NCBI RefSeq assembly: GCF_964213995.1
Contig: NW_027590121.1
Coordinates: 2,480,001-2,544,000, forward strand
Direction: 5' to 3'
DNA from: Mustelus asterias
Lineage: Eukaryota
DNA length: 64,000 nucleotides
Shown here: positions 62,237 to 64,000 of the stretch, piece by piece
Position numbering within the stretch: the first letter of the stretch is position 1
How the letters are laid out: each line of letters opens with the position of its first letter
Made by a program: the position numbers and the translations under genes
Notes under the pieces: model-generated
Databases searched by the model: none
What the model was told of the DNA's origin: nothing
Seen by the model: only the letters and a program-made list of their open reading frames with translations

Positions 62237-64000
62237 TTCTAGAACATAGAACATAGAACATTACAGCGCAGAACAGGCCCTTCGGCCCACGATGTTGCAC
62301 CGACCAGTTAAAAAAAAACTGTGACCCTCCAACCTAAACCAATTTCTTTTCGTCCATGAACCTATCTACGGATCTCTTAAACGCCCCCAAACTAGGCGCA
62401 TTTACTACTGATGCTGGCAGGGCATTCCAATCCCTCACCACCCTCTGGGTAAAGAACCTACCCCTGACATCGGTTCTATAACTACCCCCCCTCAATTTAA
62501 AGCCATGCCCCCTCGTGCTGGATTTCTCCATCAGAGGAAAAAGGCTATCACTATCCACCCTATCTAAACCTCTAATCATCTTATATGTTTCAATAAGATC
62601 CCCTCTTAGCCGCCGCCTTTCCAGCGAAAACAATCCCAAATCCCTCAGCCTCTCCTCATAGGATCTCCCCTCCATACCAGGCAACATCCTGGTAAACCTC
62701 CTCTGCACCCTCTCCAAAGCCTCCACATCCTTCCTGTAATGTGGGGACCAGAACTGCACACAGTACTCCAAGTGCGGCCGCACCAGAGTTGTGTACAGTT
62801 GCAACATAACGCTACGACTCCTAAATTCAATCCCCCTACCAATAAACGCCAAGACACCATATGCCTTCTTAACAACCTTATCTACTTGATTCCCAACTTT
62901 CAGGGATCTATGCACACATACACCTAGATCCCTCTGCTCCTCCACACTATTCAAAGTCCTCCCGTTAGCCCTATACTCAACACATCTGTTATTCCTACCA
63001 AAGTGAATTACCTCACACTTCTCCGCATTAAACTCCATCCGCCACCTCTCGGCCCAACTTTGCAACCTGTCTAAGTCTTCCTGCAAACTACGACACCCTT
63101 CCTCACTGTCTACCACACCACCGACTTTGGTGTCATCAGCAAATTTGCTAATCCACCCAACTATACCCTCATCCAGATCATTAATAAATATTACAAACAG
63201 CAGTGGCCCCAAAACAGATCCCTGAGGTACACCACTTGTAACCGCACTCCATGATGAATATTTACTATCAACCACCACCCTCTGTTTCCTATCCGCTAGC
63301 CAATTCCTGATCCAATTTCCTAGATCACCCCCAATCCCATACATCTGCATTTTCTGCAGAAGCCTACCATGGTGAACCTTATCAAACGCCTTACTAAAAT
63401 CCATATATACCACGTCCACTGCCTTGCCCCCATCCACCTCCTTGGTCACTTTCTCAAAAAACTCAATAAGGTTAGTAAGGCACGACCTACCTGCCACAAA
63501 ACCATGCTGACTATCACCTATCAATTCATTACTCTCCAAATAACTATAAATCCTATCCCTTATAATTTTTTCCAACATCTTGCCGACAACAGAAGTGAGA
63601 CTCACCGGTCTATAATTCCCGGGGAAGTCTCTGTTCCCCTTCTTAAACAATGGGACAACATTCGCTAACCTCCAATCTTCTGGTACTATACCAGAGGCCA
63701 ACGACGACCTGAAGATCAGAGCCAGAGGCTCTGCAATCACTTCTCTTGCCTCCCAGAGAATCCTTGGATAAATCCCATCCGGACCAGGGGATTTATCTAT
63801 TTTCAGACCCTCCAGAATATCCTGCACATCCTCCTTATCAACTGTAATACTGTCTATTCTACTCCCTTGCAACCCAGTGTCCTCCTCAGCTATATTCATG
63901 TCCCCTTGCGTGAACACCGAAGAGAAATATTGGTTCAATGCTTCACCAATCTCCTCCGGTTCCACACATAACTTCCCTCTGCCATCTATAACTGGCCCTA
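62237..64000 (-). mobile_element. Young CR1/HER1-type LINE with uninterrupted ORF2 running to the window edge
   Basis: 543+ codons without stop or frameshift, full RT motif set, (TTCTATG)n tail. Confidence 0.95.

Overview
This is vertebrate genomic DNA, not prokaryotic. It is almost certainly an elasmobranch (shark/ray), inferred from abundant HE1-type tRNA-derived SINEs, CR1/HER1-type LINEs, and Penelope, Rex1, RTE and Tx1 remnants. The window is a birth-and-death cluster of KRAB-less tandem C2H2 zinc-finger genes: about 8 recognisable ORFs plus several fragments, mostly starting MEKPWKC, built by local inverted and direct segmental duplications. Interspersed are one near-intact T-cell-receptor alpha/delta-type V gene (leader, V exon, 23-RSS, CRE/TATA promoter, but ACG where ATG is expected) and several possible decayed V relics. 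There are also decayed tRNA-Val copies, a 39-nt U2 snRNA fragment, two different endogenous retrovirus remnants and minimal hammerhead ribozyme motifs in Penelope termini. All calls were made by eye, and repeat boundaries are approximate.
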